A stretch of 64,000 bases of DNA, taken from contig CAZAOT010000002.1 of the NCBI GenBank assembly GCA_964487045.1, positions 195,511 through 259,510 on the forward strand, given 5' to 3'. Position 1 is the first letter of the stretch. Each line of letters starts with the position of its first letter. This document shows positions 36,714 to 45,935 of this stretch, piece after piece. A program made the translations under genes and the position numbers. The DNA comes from an uncultured Candidatus Saccharibacteria bacterium (lineage in GTDB: Bacteria > Patescibacteriota > UBA1384 > DTJR01). A model generated the notes under the pieces. That model saw only the letters and a list, made by a program, of their open reading frames with translations, was not told the origin of the DNA and did not search any database.

Positions 36714-38264
36714 ATGAAATGTTTAATTTACTCACGAGTTAGTACCGAAGACCAAGCAGAAAAGGGACGATCAATTGGTGACCAAATCAAAATGTGCAAA
36801 AGATATGCTGATGACAACGGCTATCGCATTATAGATATATTCAAGGATGAAGGAAAAACTGCTACAAATATGAATCGGGCAGGGCTACAAGATCTAATCA
36901 TTAAATGTCAGGAAGAAAAGGATATAGCTTGTGTACTTGTACAAGACACGGATCGTCTTGCAAGGAACACATCCGATCATCTCCAAATAAAAGCGATTCT
37001 GAAAAAAGCAGGAGCAAGGGTAATCTCTATTAGCCAACCAATGCTTGATGACGAAACCCCCGAGGGTCAATTTATGGATTTGGTTATTGCAGGGGTAAAT
37101 GCCTTTCAGTCAAAAATTACAGGAAGAAAGGTGAGTAAATGCATGAAAGAGAAATTTCTTGAAGGTGTGTGGCCTAGCTGGGTAACCGTTGGATATATTA
37201 ATGACGATATCGGAACTCTAGAAAAACCTATGAATGTAATCTCAGATGATAAATTCAAACAGCCACTTATAAAGGAAGCTTTTAGATTATTCTCAAAAGG
37301 AATCTATAGCGTGGAAGAAGTCAACGACATAGTCTTCAAAAAGGGCTTAACCGGAAGGCATGGAAAAAAGATGTCTCCATCAGAGCTAAATAGGGTATTG
37401 AAAAACCCTTTTTATTTTGGATTGATGCGGTGGAACGGATTGGAAAAAATGGGTACGCACACTAAGATCATTACTAAATCTCTATTTGACCAGTGTCAGA
37501 ATGTTTTTATTGAACGCAATATGATGGCTAATCGTGAAAGAAAACATAACTTCCTATTAAGAGGTTTTGTCTACTGTGGAACTTGTGGAAAAAGATTGAC
37601 CGCTGAGTATCATGGCTCTAAATTTTATTACCATTGTGCTTCAAAACTTCATAGCAACAAAGGACAAAATTTTGATGGGGATACTACCGAAGCGAGAATT
37701 GAGCAATTGTTTGACCAACTTAAGTTACCAGATGACTTTACAAAAAAAGTATTTTCAAAAGCGGAGGAAATACTTAAGAATTCGCGTGTTGAAGTTAACC
37801 AGACAAAAAGAACTCTTAATGCACAAAAAGCAAAATTAGAAACAAAGAGAGACTCAATTGAAGATAGATTACTTGAAGGAGTAATTACCTCTGATGTATA
37901 TGTAAGGCAACATAATAGCGTTGAGGAGCAAATAAAAAATATTGAGAAACAGCTTGATGACGCAAATCATAATAAAAATGAGAATATAAAAGTTTTTGAA
38001 AAATTGATGTTTTTATCTGGAAATTTAGGAGAAGCTTACCGACTAGCTAATCCAAGAATCAAAAGGCATTACCTAACAATATTTTGGGATAGAATTGAAA
38101 TCAAAAATCATAAGATAAAAAAAGCGGTCCCGACAAAGACCTACTTAAAATTATTTCCTGGCATGAACTATAACAAACCTGAAAATTTGGTTGCGAACCA
38201 TAAAATTATAAAAGAACGAAATTGGAGGGCCGAGTGGGATTCGAACCCACGACCAATTGCTTAA
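36714..38264 (+). CDS. Large serine recombinase (integrase) of the tRNA-Lys-associated element.
   Basis: 516 aa. Resolvase-type catalytic domain (LIYSRVSTEDQ...DQ...DRLARN), a recombinase domain, a zinc ribbon (CGTCGKRLTAEYHG...YYHC) and a coiled-coil tail. The last 14 codons read into the tRNA-Lys 3' end, so the gene overlaps the att core. Confidence 0.85.
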   Translation: MKCLIYSRVSTEDQAEKGRSIGDQIKMCKRYADDNGYRIIDIFKDEGKTATNMNRAGLQDLIIKCQEEKDIACVLVQDTDRLARNTSDHLQIKAILKKAGARVISISQPMLDDETPEGQFMDLVIAGVNAFQSKITGRKVSKCMKEKFLEGVWPSWVTVGYINDDIGTLEKPMNVISDDKFKQPLIKEAFRLFSKGIYSVEEVNDIVFKKGLTGRHGKKMSPSELNRVLKNPFYFGLMRWNGLEKMGTHTKIITKSLFDQCQNVFIERNMMANRERKHNFLLRGFVYCGTCGKRLTAEYHGSKFYYHCASKLHSNKGQNFDGDTTEARIEQLFDQLKLPDDFTKKVFSKAEEILKNSRVEVNQTKRTLNAQKAKLETKRDSIEDRLLEGVITSDVYVRQHNSVEEQIKNIEKQLDDANHNKNENIKVFEKLMFLSGNLGEAYRLANPRIKRHYLTIFWDRIEIKNHKIKKAVPTKTYLKLFPGMNYNKPENLVANHKIIKERNWRAEWDSNPRPIA

Positions 38265-38297
38265 GAGGCAACTGCTCTACCGCTGAGCTATCGGCCC
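38223..38297 (-). tRNA. tRNA-Lys(CTT).
   Basis: Hand-folded. Acceptor GGGCCGA/TCGGCCC, D-arm GCTC-AGCGGTA-GAGC, anticodon stem GTTGC/GCAAT with loop CTCTTAA (anticodon CTT), T-arm GTGGG-TTCGAAT-CCCAC. CCA is encoded. Confidence 0.8.
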
Positions 38298-38317
38298 ATG
38301 CATTTCTATTGTTAAAA

Positions 38318-38492
38318 GTTCGAATCCGATTCGGTCACCCGTCAAAATCTGTTGATTTTGCGGTCGACCCCGGCTCGGCCCGTCGGCCTGCGCCTCTTTG
38401 ACGTTTAGCTCGCCATTCCACCCGTCGAGCCGTCAAAGCCCACGACCAATTGCTTGAAGTGCGACAACTGCACAACCCGTGAGCTATCGGCC
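38318..38492 (-). repeat. Conserved tRNA-associated element, copy 2 of 3 (38318-38398), followed by a degenerate copy of the tRNA-Lys 5' two-thirds (38437-38492).
   Basis: Minus-strand read: gggccgatagctcacgggttgtgcagttgtcgcacttcaagcaattggtcgtggg is a degenerate tRNA-Lys 5' part. Then ...aggccgacgggccgagccggggtcgaccg-caaaatcaacagattttg-acgggtgaccgaatcggattcgaac matches the elements at 24911-24990 and 52131-52215. The 70-aa ORF predicted here is rejected. Confidence 0.5.
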
Positions 38493-38550
38493 CAATCTTG
38501 AATTATTCTACCGTATTCGAGAGAATATTTCAATTCAACAAGACGCTTTT

Positions 38551-39327
38551 TTAGACTGCTCGCCTGAACAAACGTGATGAGATTGGACCAAATACAACTA
38601 TAATTGCTAATATCCATATCAAAGTATATAAAACAGAGCTGGATTCAGCGCCACCAGTAGAAAGATATCTCACGGCATTAACAACATGAGTCACAGGTTG
38701 GTTCTCGGCAAATTTTTGAAGCCATGAAGGCATTGTTTGTACTGGGACAAAGACCGAACTGGCAAATACCAATGGAAATATCCAAACAAATCCTGCTACT
38801 TGCGCAGTCTCAGAGTCTTTCACCGCCAACCCAATTGTCAGAGAAATCCACGAGAAAGCAAAACCAAATAAGACTACTAAACCTACAGCGGCCAAAGCAT
38901 GCCAAATCCCCTGCTCGAATCTAAATCCAAGTCCCATACCGACTCCAGTCATTATCAAAACGACCATAATATTACGGCAGGCGTCAGCCAATGTTCTACC
39001 GGCTACAATCGATCCGCGTGAAATAGGCAGACTCAAGAATCTATCTACCACGCCTTTGCCCAAGTCTTCCGCCATACCTACACCAGTCTGAGCTGATCCA
39101 AATAGCGCAGTCTGGGCTAAGATACCAGGCAGGAGAAAAACAATGTAGGAGCTCCCGCTAGTTGATCCCGACACCGCTCCACCAAAAACATAATTAAAAA
39201 GAAACAAGAACATAACTGGCTGAAACGCAGAGAAAAATAATAGTTGAGGCGTTCGCCAAACCCTTGTTAAGTTACGCTTAGCGATTATCAGAATATCGTG
39301 TAAAAAATTATATAAATTTATTATCAT
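38551..39327 (-). CDS. ABC-2 type transporter permease.
   Basis: 258 aa with 6 predicted TM helices, overlapping the ATPase gene upstream on the same strand. Confidence 0.7.
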   Translation of the reverse strand: MIINLYNFLHDILIIAKRNLTRVWRTPQLLFFSAFQPVMFLFLFNYVFGGAVSGSTSGSSYIVFLLPGILAQTALFGSAQTGVGMAEDLGKGVVDRFLSLPISRGSIVAGRTLADACRNIMVVLIMTGVGMGLGFRFEQGIWHALAAVGLVVLFGFAFSWISLTIGLAVKDSETAQVAGFVWIFPLVFASSVFVPVQTMPSWLQKFAENQPVTHVVNAVRYLSTGGAESSSVLYTLIWILAIIVVFGPISSRLFRRAV

Positions 39328-40262
39328 TTCGTTTTTCTCCCAGTTACCGCAAGAAATACATCATCAAGGCTAGGTCTATGTAGTGAAATTTCTTCTGGCT
39401 CGATGCCTGCTTTTAAAAGCGCATCTGCTACTAACAAAAGCGTCTTGCTACCATCTTTAGCCGGTAAACGTACCGCTGCAGTTAGTGAGTCAATATTTAT
39501 ATTTTTATTAATTTTATAGAGAACCTTCTCACCATCGGCCTGTTGATTTTCCCTAAAACGCACTTCTATAACATCACGACCAAGTGATTTTTTAAGCTCC
39601 ACCGGAGTTCCCTCCGCAGCTATTCGCCCTTTATCAATTACAGTAATGTAATCCGCTAACGCATCAGCCTCCTCCATATACTGGGTTGTCAATAAAATCG
39701 TTGATCCATCCTTTACAAGATCACGAATAATATTCCACAGCTCTGAACGAGTCCGTGGATCGAGTCCGGTAGTCGGCTCATCTAAGAAAATGACTTTAGG
39801 CTGATATACCAAACTTGCTCCGACATCAAGACGGCGGCGCATACCACCAGAGTAGGTTTTGGCTGGTCTATCAGCAGCTTCGGTAAGACCTAATTTTTCA
39901 AGTAACTCCTTGGCGCGAGCTTTCACATCCGCTTTCTTCATATGATAAAGTTCACCAACCATCTCAAGTGTTTCTCTGCCTGTCATAAATTCATCAACGG
40001 CTGCAAACTGGCCAGCCAATCCTATTTCATGCCTAACCTTAGAGCCTTCAGTGCAAACATCAAATCCAGCAACCTCCATCGTCCCACTATCTGGCATCGT
40101 AAGTGTTGCTAAAAGTCTTACTAAAGTAGTCTTGCCAGCTCCGTTTGGACCTAGCAATGCATGAATCGTGCCCTTTTCGATATCCAGGCTCAATCGATCT
40201 AAGGCAACAGTTTTGCCAAAACTTTTTGTAATATCCTTTACGTGAATAATTGCTTGAGCCAT
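39324..40262 (-). CDS. ABC transporter ATP-binding protein (DrrA/ABC-2 exporter type).
   Basis: Walker A GPNGAGKTT, ABC signature YSGGMRRRL, Walker B ILFLDEPTTGLD. 312 aa. Confidence 0.85.
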   Translation of the reverse strand: MAQAIIHVKDITKSFGKTVALDRLSLDIEKGTIHALLGPNGAGKTTLVRLLATLTMPDSGTMEVAGFDVCTEGSKVRHEIGLAGQFAAVDEFMTGRETLEMVGELYHMKKADVKARAKELLEKLGLTEAADRPAKTYSGGMRRRLDVGASLVYQPKVIFLDEPTTGLDPRTRSELWNIIRDLVKDGSTILLTTQYMEEADALADYITVIDKGRIAAEGTPVELKKSLGRDVIEVRFRENQQADGEKVLYKINKNINIDSLTAAVRLPAKDGSKTLLLVADALLKAGIEPEEISLHRPSLDDVFLAVTGRKTK

Positions 40263-40263
40263 T

Positions 40264-40515
40264 TTACCTAGATTCCTTAATTTTTCTCTTAACCTTTTCC
40301 TTCATTTCAACCACCCTGGATGAAAACGCCGTCATTTTGTCCAGAAATTCATTTAGTTTCTCAGCTTCAATCATATGAAGCATTTCCCCAACACCAAAAA
40401 ATACAAACTTATCACCGGTTTTAATTTTTAATTCATCTCGAGCTTCAATAGGCACAACAATTTGGCCTTTCTCCCCGATAGTTCCGACTCCGTAAAATTT
40501 CTTACATTGATGCAT
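40264..40515 (-). CDS. AbrB/SpoVT-family DNA-binding protein, likely regulator of the downstream ABC exporter.
   Basis: 83 aa. GEKGQIVVPIEARDELKIKTGDKFVFF. Located 1 bp upstream of the ABC ATPase gene. Confidence 0.65.
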   Translation of the reverse strand: MHQCKKFYGVGTIGEKGQIVVPIEARDELKIKTGDKFVFFGVGEMLHMIEAEKLNEFLDKMTAFSSRVVEMKEKVKRKIKESR

Positions 40516-40645
40516 TTTTTCACTATTTGATTATTTCCTACATTTCATACATTACATACTAAACATAATGATGTCAATAAAAAAATGAGCATTTGCCCAT
40601 TTTTTTTACGGTACCTCTGGCGCTTATTCGACTCCCTCGGCTGCC

Positions 40646-40688
40646 AAATATCAACAAAAAAGAGCTAATGCTCATTTTTTTGTTGATC
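40646..40688 (-). terminator. Long hairpin terminator immediately 3' of tRNA-Arg(TCG).
   Basis: atcaacaaaaaagagc-taat-gctcatttttttgttgat: a stem of about 16 bp, followed on the minus strand by a T-rich tract. A copy sits at 26779-26820 within the duplication. Confidence 0.5.
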
Positions 40689-40765
40689 TGGTACGCCCGG
40701 AGGGATTCGAACCCCCGACCTACTGTTCCGAAGACAGTCGCTCTAATCCACTGAGCTACGGGCGC
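40689..40765 (-). tRNA. tRNA-Arg(TCG).
   Basis: Hand-folded. Acceptor GCGCCCG/CGGGCGT (G1-U72), D-arm GCTC-AGTGGATTA-GAGC, anticodon stem ACTGT/ACAGT with loop CTTCGGA (anticodon TCG), T-arm GGGGG-TTCGAAT-CCCTC. CCA is encoded. Confidence 0.8.
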
Positions 40766-40768
40766 ATA

Positions 40769-41272
40769 TTATTTATACAATTCTTTCAACGCATGCGTGG
40801 TATTTTTGAATGCCAATTCTTTCCACGGAACAGCTTCTTCGGAAAACCATCCATAATCAGAATTTTCACTATCAAGCTTAATCTCACCTGACTTGATTTT
40901 ACATCGATAAAACAAGTTTAGCGTATAAAAATTACCTTTAACATATTCATATTTATCAACTACTATTGTCAGTATTTCAACTGGCTCGATTTCGACTGAC
41001 AGCTCTTCGCTCATTTCTCGCTGAAGCCCCTCAACCGGGCCTTCGCCATTCTCCAAAAACCCACCTGGAAGATCCCATTTACCATGATAAGGATTGATTG
41101 CTCTTTTGATTAGCAGAACCTCATTTTGGTTATTTACAATCACGGCTGAAGCGGTTGGCTTTGAATTTTGATAGAATACAAAATCGCAATCGGCACAGAC
41201 AGGATGCAAAGTGTGATCGAGTTTTTTCGACTTTAGTGATCCTCCACACTTTGGGCAAAATTTGTAATTCAT
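40769..41272 (-). CDS. NUDIX hydrolase with an N-terminal zinc ribbon (NADH pyrophosphatase-like).
   Basis: CPKCGG...CADC zinc ribbon, then Nudix box GGFLENGEGPVEGLQREMSEELSV. Confidence 0.8.
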   Translation of the reverse strand: MNYKFCPKCGGSLKSKKLDHTLHPVCADCDFVFYQNSKPTASAVIVNNQNEVLLIKRAINPYHGKWDLPGGFLENGEGPVEGLQREMSEELSVEIEPVEILTIVVDKYEYVKGNFYTLNLFYRCKIKSGEIKLDSENSDYGWFSEEAVPWKELAFKNTTHALKELYK

Positions 41273-41277
41273 TTTAT

Positions 41278-41353
41278 TGGGGTGGCCAGACGGGCTCGAA
41301 CCGACAACCTACAGTTCCACAAACTGTTGCTCTGCCATTGAGCTATGGCCACC
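41278..41353 (-). tRNA. tRNA-His(GTG) with an encoded G-1.
   Basis: Acceptor GTGGCCA/TGGCCAC with an extra 5' G opposite discriminator C (the tRNA-His hallmark). Anticodon stem ACAGT/ACTGT with loop TTGTGGA (anticodon GTG). T-arm GTCGG-TTCGAGC-CCGTC (one wobble). CCA is encoded. Confidence 0.75.
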
Positions 41354-41454
41354 ATACTAAACAAGATTATACCTTAAATTCACATCTTCTTCAAGGATTA
41401 TACAAAAACCCGACCGAGGGGAAGTCGGCCGGGAATTTGTATCAAAAGGACTTG

Positions 41455-41916
41455 TTAATTAGCATTGTGACAGTTTCCTGCACCTCTTCCGCCATTACCC
41501 TGTCCATTTCCACCGAATCCAATATATTCGTGGACCTTGTCGAAGTCGATACCGTTATCTTTGTAGAACTGTTCCATCTCGGCTCTTTTCGAACCTCGCT
41601 CGCCTCTAATTTCAGCCTGCTTGTCGAGAATCTTCTGCTTTTGTTCAGAGGTGATGACACCATCTTTGATCGCTTCATCAAGCTTAGAAGATACTTCGGC
41701 TTGTCGCTCTTTTTGCTTTTCAACTCGAATCTCTTCCATTGCTGAGTCAACTTTTGCTTGATCGATGCCCAACTTCTGCGCCAAAGCCTCGGTATTTGGC
41801 CCTCGTCTTCCAGCCGTATCATCAGCGAGTGCTTTTGCTGAATAGAGTGCGCCACTTAGAACTAGAGCTCCCAGTAACATCATCGGAACAATTATTTTCG
41901 AGTTTTTCATCTTCAC
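41455..41916 (-). CDS. Small secreted protein with a coiled-coil/charged middle and a Gly-rich C-terminus. Hypothetical.
   Basis: 153 aa with a signal peptide (MKMKNSKIIVPMMLLGALVLSGALYSAKALA) and a C-terminal FGGNGQGNGGRGAGNCHNAN. Lies upstream of the MacB-like ABC genes. Confidence 0.5.
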   Translation of the reverse strand: MKMKNSKIIVPMMLLGALVLSGALYSAKALADDTAGRRGPNTEALAQKLGIDQAKVDSAMEEIRVEKQKERQAEVSSKLDEAIKDGVITSEQKQKILDKQAEIRGERGSKRAEMEQFYKDNGIDFDKVHEYIGFGGNGQGNGGRGAGNCHNAN

Positions 41917-41978
41917 TCACCACCCTTCTTGTTATTTACTTTATGATCTTAGTTTATTATTTAATACTGAAAGGAAGC

Positions 41979-42644
41979 TTAAGACAGCTTGCCATCTTTC
42001 ATGTGAAAAATTTTATCAGCCTGGCTTGCTATACTCTCATCGTGAGTCACAACAATAATCGCTGTTTTTTTAGTTCTGGCTAATTTCTTAAGTAGATCAA
42101 TTATAACTTTTCCAGTTGCCGAGTCTAAGTTTCCAGTCGGCTCATCAGCTAAAATTATTTTCGGATCATTGGCAAGAGCTCTCGCAATTGAAACCCTCTG
42201 TTGCTCTCCTCCAGAAAGCCGACCCGGCATCCTGGAATGCTTGTCGTCGGAAATACCAACCTGATTCAAAAGTTTCTGAGCCCGCTCTTGCTGTTCGGCT
42301 TTTGAAATACCATTGAATTCAAGCGAAAGCATTACATTTTCAAGTGCAGTTAAATTCGGAATTAGATTATAATTCTGAAATACAAATCCGATACTACTTC
42401 TTCGATAGGAAATTAATTTCATATCGGATAATTTGGCAATATCCTTACCTTCAATCTCAATCGAACCCGAAGTAGGACGATCAAGCGCACCGAGCAGAGC
42501 AAGCAGTGTGCTTTTTCCGCTTCCACTTTTTCCAACTATTGCGTTGAAGCTTCCCTCTACCAGCTCGAAATTTACATCCCTAACCGCTTGAACCTTATTT
42601 TCTCCAGAGACAAATTCTTTTGATAGTTTTTGTACTTTAATCAT
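41979..42644 (-). CDS. ABC transporter ATP-binding protein (MacB/LolD/FtsE-like).
   Basis: Walker [12 protein letters not shown], signature [15 protein letters not shown], Walker [13 protein letters not shown]. Confidence 0.85.
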   Translation of the reverse strand: MIKVQKLSKEFVSGENKVQAVRDVNFELVEGSFNAIVGKSGSGKSTLLALLGALDRPTSGSIEIEGKDIAKLSDMKLISYRRSSIGFVFQNYNLIPNLTALENVMLSLEFNGISKAEQQERAQKLLNQVGISDDKHSRMPGRLSGGEQQRVSIARALANDPKIILADEPTGNLDSATGKVIIDLLKKLARTKKTAIIVVTHDESIASQADKIFHMKDGKLS

Positions 42645-42657
42645 TTTATCCTTTTAA

Positions 42658-43992
42658 TTATTCAGCCCTCATTACTTCCGCTGGTGAAATCTTAGCAATT
42701 ATAAATGATGGAATTACACTACCTAATATTGCAATCATAAGAGCGGCGAGAAGACCATATAGAATTACATCGAAGCCTACATTTGCTGAGATATTTCGAA
42801 GTCCATTTTGCGCTCCACTGATTACTCCAGCCCCAACTCTCATCATCATCATGTGACCTTCTCCAGGATTTCTAGGACCACTTGATACATTATTATTCAC
42901 TAAAACTTTCAAGATTGGATTGGACAAGAGGACTCCGGCAATAATTCCTATCGCGCTACTTGTCAGTGTAAGCACCAGTGACTCAATCGCAAACTGCGCA
43001 GTCACTAGATAGTTTGAAGAACCAATCGCTTTAAGCACGCCTATCTCCCTTCTTCGTTCTCGGACGATCATAACCATCGTTAAAAATAGAATAATTGCAC
43101 CGGCTATAAGCGAGCCAACCAAACTATAAGTAGATATTGTTTTAATGTTCTCAAGCGGTGCAACAGCCTCTTTAGCTGAATCCTGCGATGAAACAATATC
43201 TGCTTTATCACTCATAATCTCTTTAATCTTAGATGACACTGAATCGAGTTTATCAACTGAGTCCACCTGCACTAAAACACTATTAACCTGCCCTGATTGA
43301 TCCGAAAGACTTTGTAGTGATTTTATAGGCATAACCACAAGGTTATTTGCAAAATTGTTGCCTGCATCAAAAATCCCAACCAGTTTAATGTCCTTGTCAT
43401 ATGCCTTAAATGTTTGGCCTACTGAGAGATTGTTTTTTTCCGCTAGAGACTTACCGAGCATCGCAATATTCTCCTCAGAATTTCCGTCAAATTTCTCACC
43501 GCTAGTTACGTCAAATTTACTTACATTCAAATTAGTTGTTACCGATAAATCATTTGTCGCAGTAATCATAAGCGGCATTTGAAAATTATGATTTTCACTG
43601 CTCATAGTTGATGAGCCAGCGCGCTGCTGCCTCTGGCCAAAACTTCCCGCTTCAACTGCAGATGCGAGACTGGTTCCTCTTGATAAGTGATCGTTTAGGG
43701 TTTTTATCACTTTACTTACTCCATCGACTTTCGAGATTTTGTCAATATTCTCATCCGTTAAAAGCTCTCCGCCTCCTTCAAAACCCCTTATACCCGCCGG
43801 TGAAACTGAGAGTGTATTTCCAATAGAAGATTTAACTGAAGAAATTTTTGATGTAACTGTATTTAAAGAAATCAGCATGACGAGCGATAAGCCTATCGCA
43901 ATTGATAGTATTAAAATAACCGACACCGATCTAACTCCATTTCGAAACGCATTTCTGTAGCCTCTACTTATTACGCCCATATACATTCTCAA
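42658..43992 (-). CDS. ABC transporter permease, FtsX/MacB-like, with a large extracytoplasmic domain.
   Basis: 444 aa with an N-terminal TM, a periplasmic domain of about 250 aa and a C-terminal FtsX-like 3-TM bundle. Confidence 0.75.
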   Translation of the reverse strand: MRMYMGVISRGYRNAFRNGVRSVSVILILSIAIGLSLVMLISLNTVTSKISSVKSSIGNTLSVSPAGIRGFEGGGELLTDENIDKISKVDGVSKVIKTLNDHLSRGTSLASAVEAGSFGQRQQRAGSSTMSSENHNFQMPLMITATNDLSVTTNLNVSKFDVTSGEKFDGNSEENIAMLGKSLAEKNNLSVGQTFKAYDKDIKLVGIFDAGNNFANNLVVMPIKSLQSLSDQSGQVNSVLVQVDSVDKLDSVSSKIKEIMSDKADIVSSQDSAKEAVAPLENIKTISTYSLVGSLIAGAIILFLTMVMIVRERRREIGVLKAIGSSNYLVTAQFAIESLVLTLTSSAIGIIAGVLLSNPILKVLVNNNVSSGPRNPGEGHMMMMRVGAGVISGAQNGLRNISANVGFDVILYGLLAALMIAILGSVIPSFIIAKISPAEVMRAE

Positions 43993-44161
43993 ATTAATCT
44001 TTTCTTAAGAATAAATTCGTTTACTGAAAAATAGCTTAAACCAAAACGGCCCAGGGGGAAGGGGCCGTTTTGGTTTGTTTAGAGATCAATTAGGTGGGCA
44101 CATTGCTTGCCTACTTTCTCTTAGTTCTACATCAGTTTAGCAATGCATTCTGAAATTTTGC

Positions 44162-45205
44162 TTAAGTTCGACTTTTACGAAGCAATACCTTGAATTCGCT
44201 CCCCTTCTCCGGCGAGCTTTTGACCGAGATAGATCCTTCGTTTAAATCAATTATTTGTTTTGCTAGCGACAAACCTAAACCATAGCCATCGATTTTAGTT
44301 TTGGCGCGAGAGTGGTCTGCTCTATAAAACCTATCAAAAATATATGGTAAATCGCTACTCTTGATTCCGACTCCATGATCCTTTACTGTAACTGCAACAT
44401 TTGAACCCTCCTCAAACATTTTTATTTCGACTTTAGAATTTTTACTGGAATATTTTATTGCGTTATCAATCAAGATGACAAAAAGCTCTACAAGATTATC
44501 TTTGTCGCCGACAACTCTAAATGGCTTAAGCTCATTTTCAAATTGGATGTTTTTATTTTTCGCGAGCGCCGAAATCCTCTCATAAGACTCAATGATCACT
44601 TCCTCTATACTGAGTTCATTACTTTCATTTTGCTCTTTCTCATATCTCGCTAATCTCAAAAGTGCACCAGAAAGATTTTCCAGTTTAGAAATTTCTTCAA
44701 TATTGCTACTTAATAATTTTCTTGCGTCATCCTTAGAAAGATTTTTTTGTCTTAGCGCTACTTCTATCTCAGCTCGCATAGCTGCTAGTGGCGTTCGAAG
44801 TTCGTGACTTGCGTCTGCCGTAAATCGCTGCTGACTTTCCATCGCTCCCTCAAGAGGATGAAGGGTTTTTTTGGCTAAGAAATAACTGAGTGCTGAAGAA
44901 ATCGCCAGAATAATAAGGTTAAAATAAATTAGTCTGTCCTGAAGACTACCATTAATTTCGGTAATTTGCTCAACTCTTGCATGTTCTAAATTCTCAAACC
45001 CTGGCGGAAGCTTTCCAGGCGAGCACTGGTTGATAATCTTATATGTTCTGCCGAGTCCTTTACCAAGTTCTTTGGTCGAAATGTTATAAATAACCATCGA
45101 AAAACTTATGGAAATTGCCATAGCAATCAAGACATAAAAAATAGAAAGCTTGATCGCTGCCCACTCGAAATCACTGATTCTTTTTATTATCTTATTCATC
45201 TTCAC
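44162..45205 (-). CDS. Sensor histidine kinase (intramembrane-sensing type).
   Basis: Two TM helices with a short loop, HisKA H-box ADASHELRTPL and a HATPase_c domain (GLGLSLAKQII). Overlaps the response-regulator gene. Confidence 0.8.
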   Translation of the reverse strand: MKMNKIIKRISDFEWAAIKLSIFYVLIAMAISISFSMVIYNISTKELGKGLGRTYKIINQCSPGKLPPGFENLEHARVEQITEINGSLQDRLIYFNLIILAISSALSYFLAKKTLHPLEGAMESQQRFTADASHELRTPLAAMRAEIEVALRQKNLSKDDARKLLSSNIEEISKLENLSGALLRLARYEKEQNESNELSIEEVIIESYERISALAKNKNIQFENELKPFRVVGDKDNLVELFVILIDNAIKYSSKNSKVEIKMFEEGSNVAVTVKDHGVGIKSSDLPYIFDRFYRADHSRAKTKIDGYGLGLSLAKQIIDLNEGSISVKSSPEKGSEFKVLLRKSRT

Positions 45206-45890
45206 TTATTTTATACCCGAATCCCCTTACTGTCTTTATCAGTGGTTTTGAATTTTTAAATGGTTTATCAATTTTATTTCGCAAGTAACCGATAAAAACT
45301 TCTACCGTATTTGGCAGTATATCTGCGTCATAATCCCAAACATGAGCAATAATATTGTCCTTAGTTAGAATTCTGCCTTTATTTCTAAGTAAGTATTCGA
45401 GTAATCCAAACTCCTTCGTAGATAACTTCAACTGCGTGCTACCCCTTTTAACAATAAATTCCTTTGTATTAAGCTCTAGATCAGCAATCTTCAATATCTC
45501 ATTTTCCAAATTACTAGGTCTTCTAAGGAGCGCTCTAACTCTTGCAATGAGCTCTTCAAAGGAAAATGGTTTTATCAAATAGTCATCAGCACCGCAATTC
45601 AAACCATCAACACGATCACTAACCTTGTCTTTTGCCGTAAGCATTAATATTGGAACTTTTTTTTGATCATCTCTAAGCCTTCTACAAATCTCCATACCAT
45701 CCAATTTGGGGAGCATTCTGTCTAAGATAATAAGATCGTAGTCTATTGTACTCGCCTGTCCATAACCATCTTCACCGTCAAATGATACATCAACAGCAAA
45801 AGAATCTTGTTCGAATCCTTTTTTTAAAGCATTAGCAATCTTGTGATCATCTTCGACTATAAGTATTCGCATAAGCAAATAATATACCAC
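45192..45890 (-). CDS. OmpR-family response regulator.
   Basis: Receiver domain (ILIVEDD...DLIILD...MLTAKD) with a winged-helix output (…LLEYLLRNKGRILTKDNI…VRGFGYKI). The real start is probably at MRILIVEDD. Confidence 0.85.
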   Translation of the reverse strand: MVYYLLMRILIVEDDHKIANALKKGFEQDSFAVDVSFDGEDGYGQASTIDYDLIILDRMLPKLDGMEICRRLRDDQKKVPILMLTAKDKVSDRVDGLNCGADDYLIKPFSFEELIARVRALLRRPSNLENEILKIADLELNTKEFIVKRGSTQLKLSTKEFGLLEYLLRNKGRILTKDNIIAHVWDYDADILPNTVEVFIGYLRNKIDKPFKNSKPLIKTVRGFGYKISEDE

Positions 45891-45935
45891 AAATACTTAA
45901 AATTTGCTGAGGATAAAGCTATTTAAGTTGTTTTT

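Larger units (their letters stand above)
39903..40693. repeat. Near-identical ~780-bp duplication, copy B, in its native context (intact ABC operon). Ends at the tRNA-Arg(TCG) 3' end.
   Basis: Matches 26042-26824. Identity stops 6 nt inside the tRNA-Arg 3' end (tggtac). Confidence 0.85.

Noticed and set aside
38405-38617. 70-aa minus-strand ORF over the degenerate tRNA-Lys fragment
   Set aside because: It covers tRNA-derived repeat sequence and an intergenic region. No coding signal.
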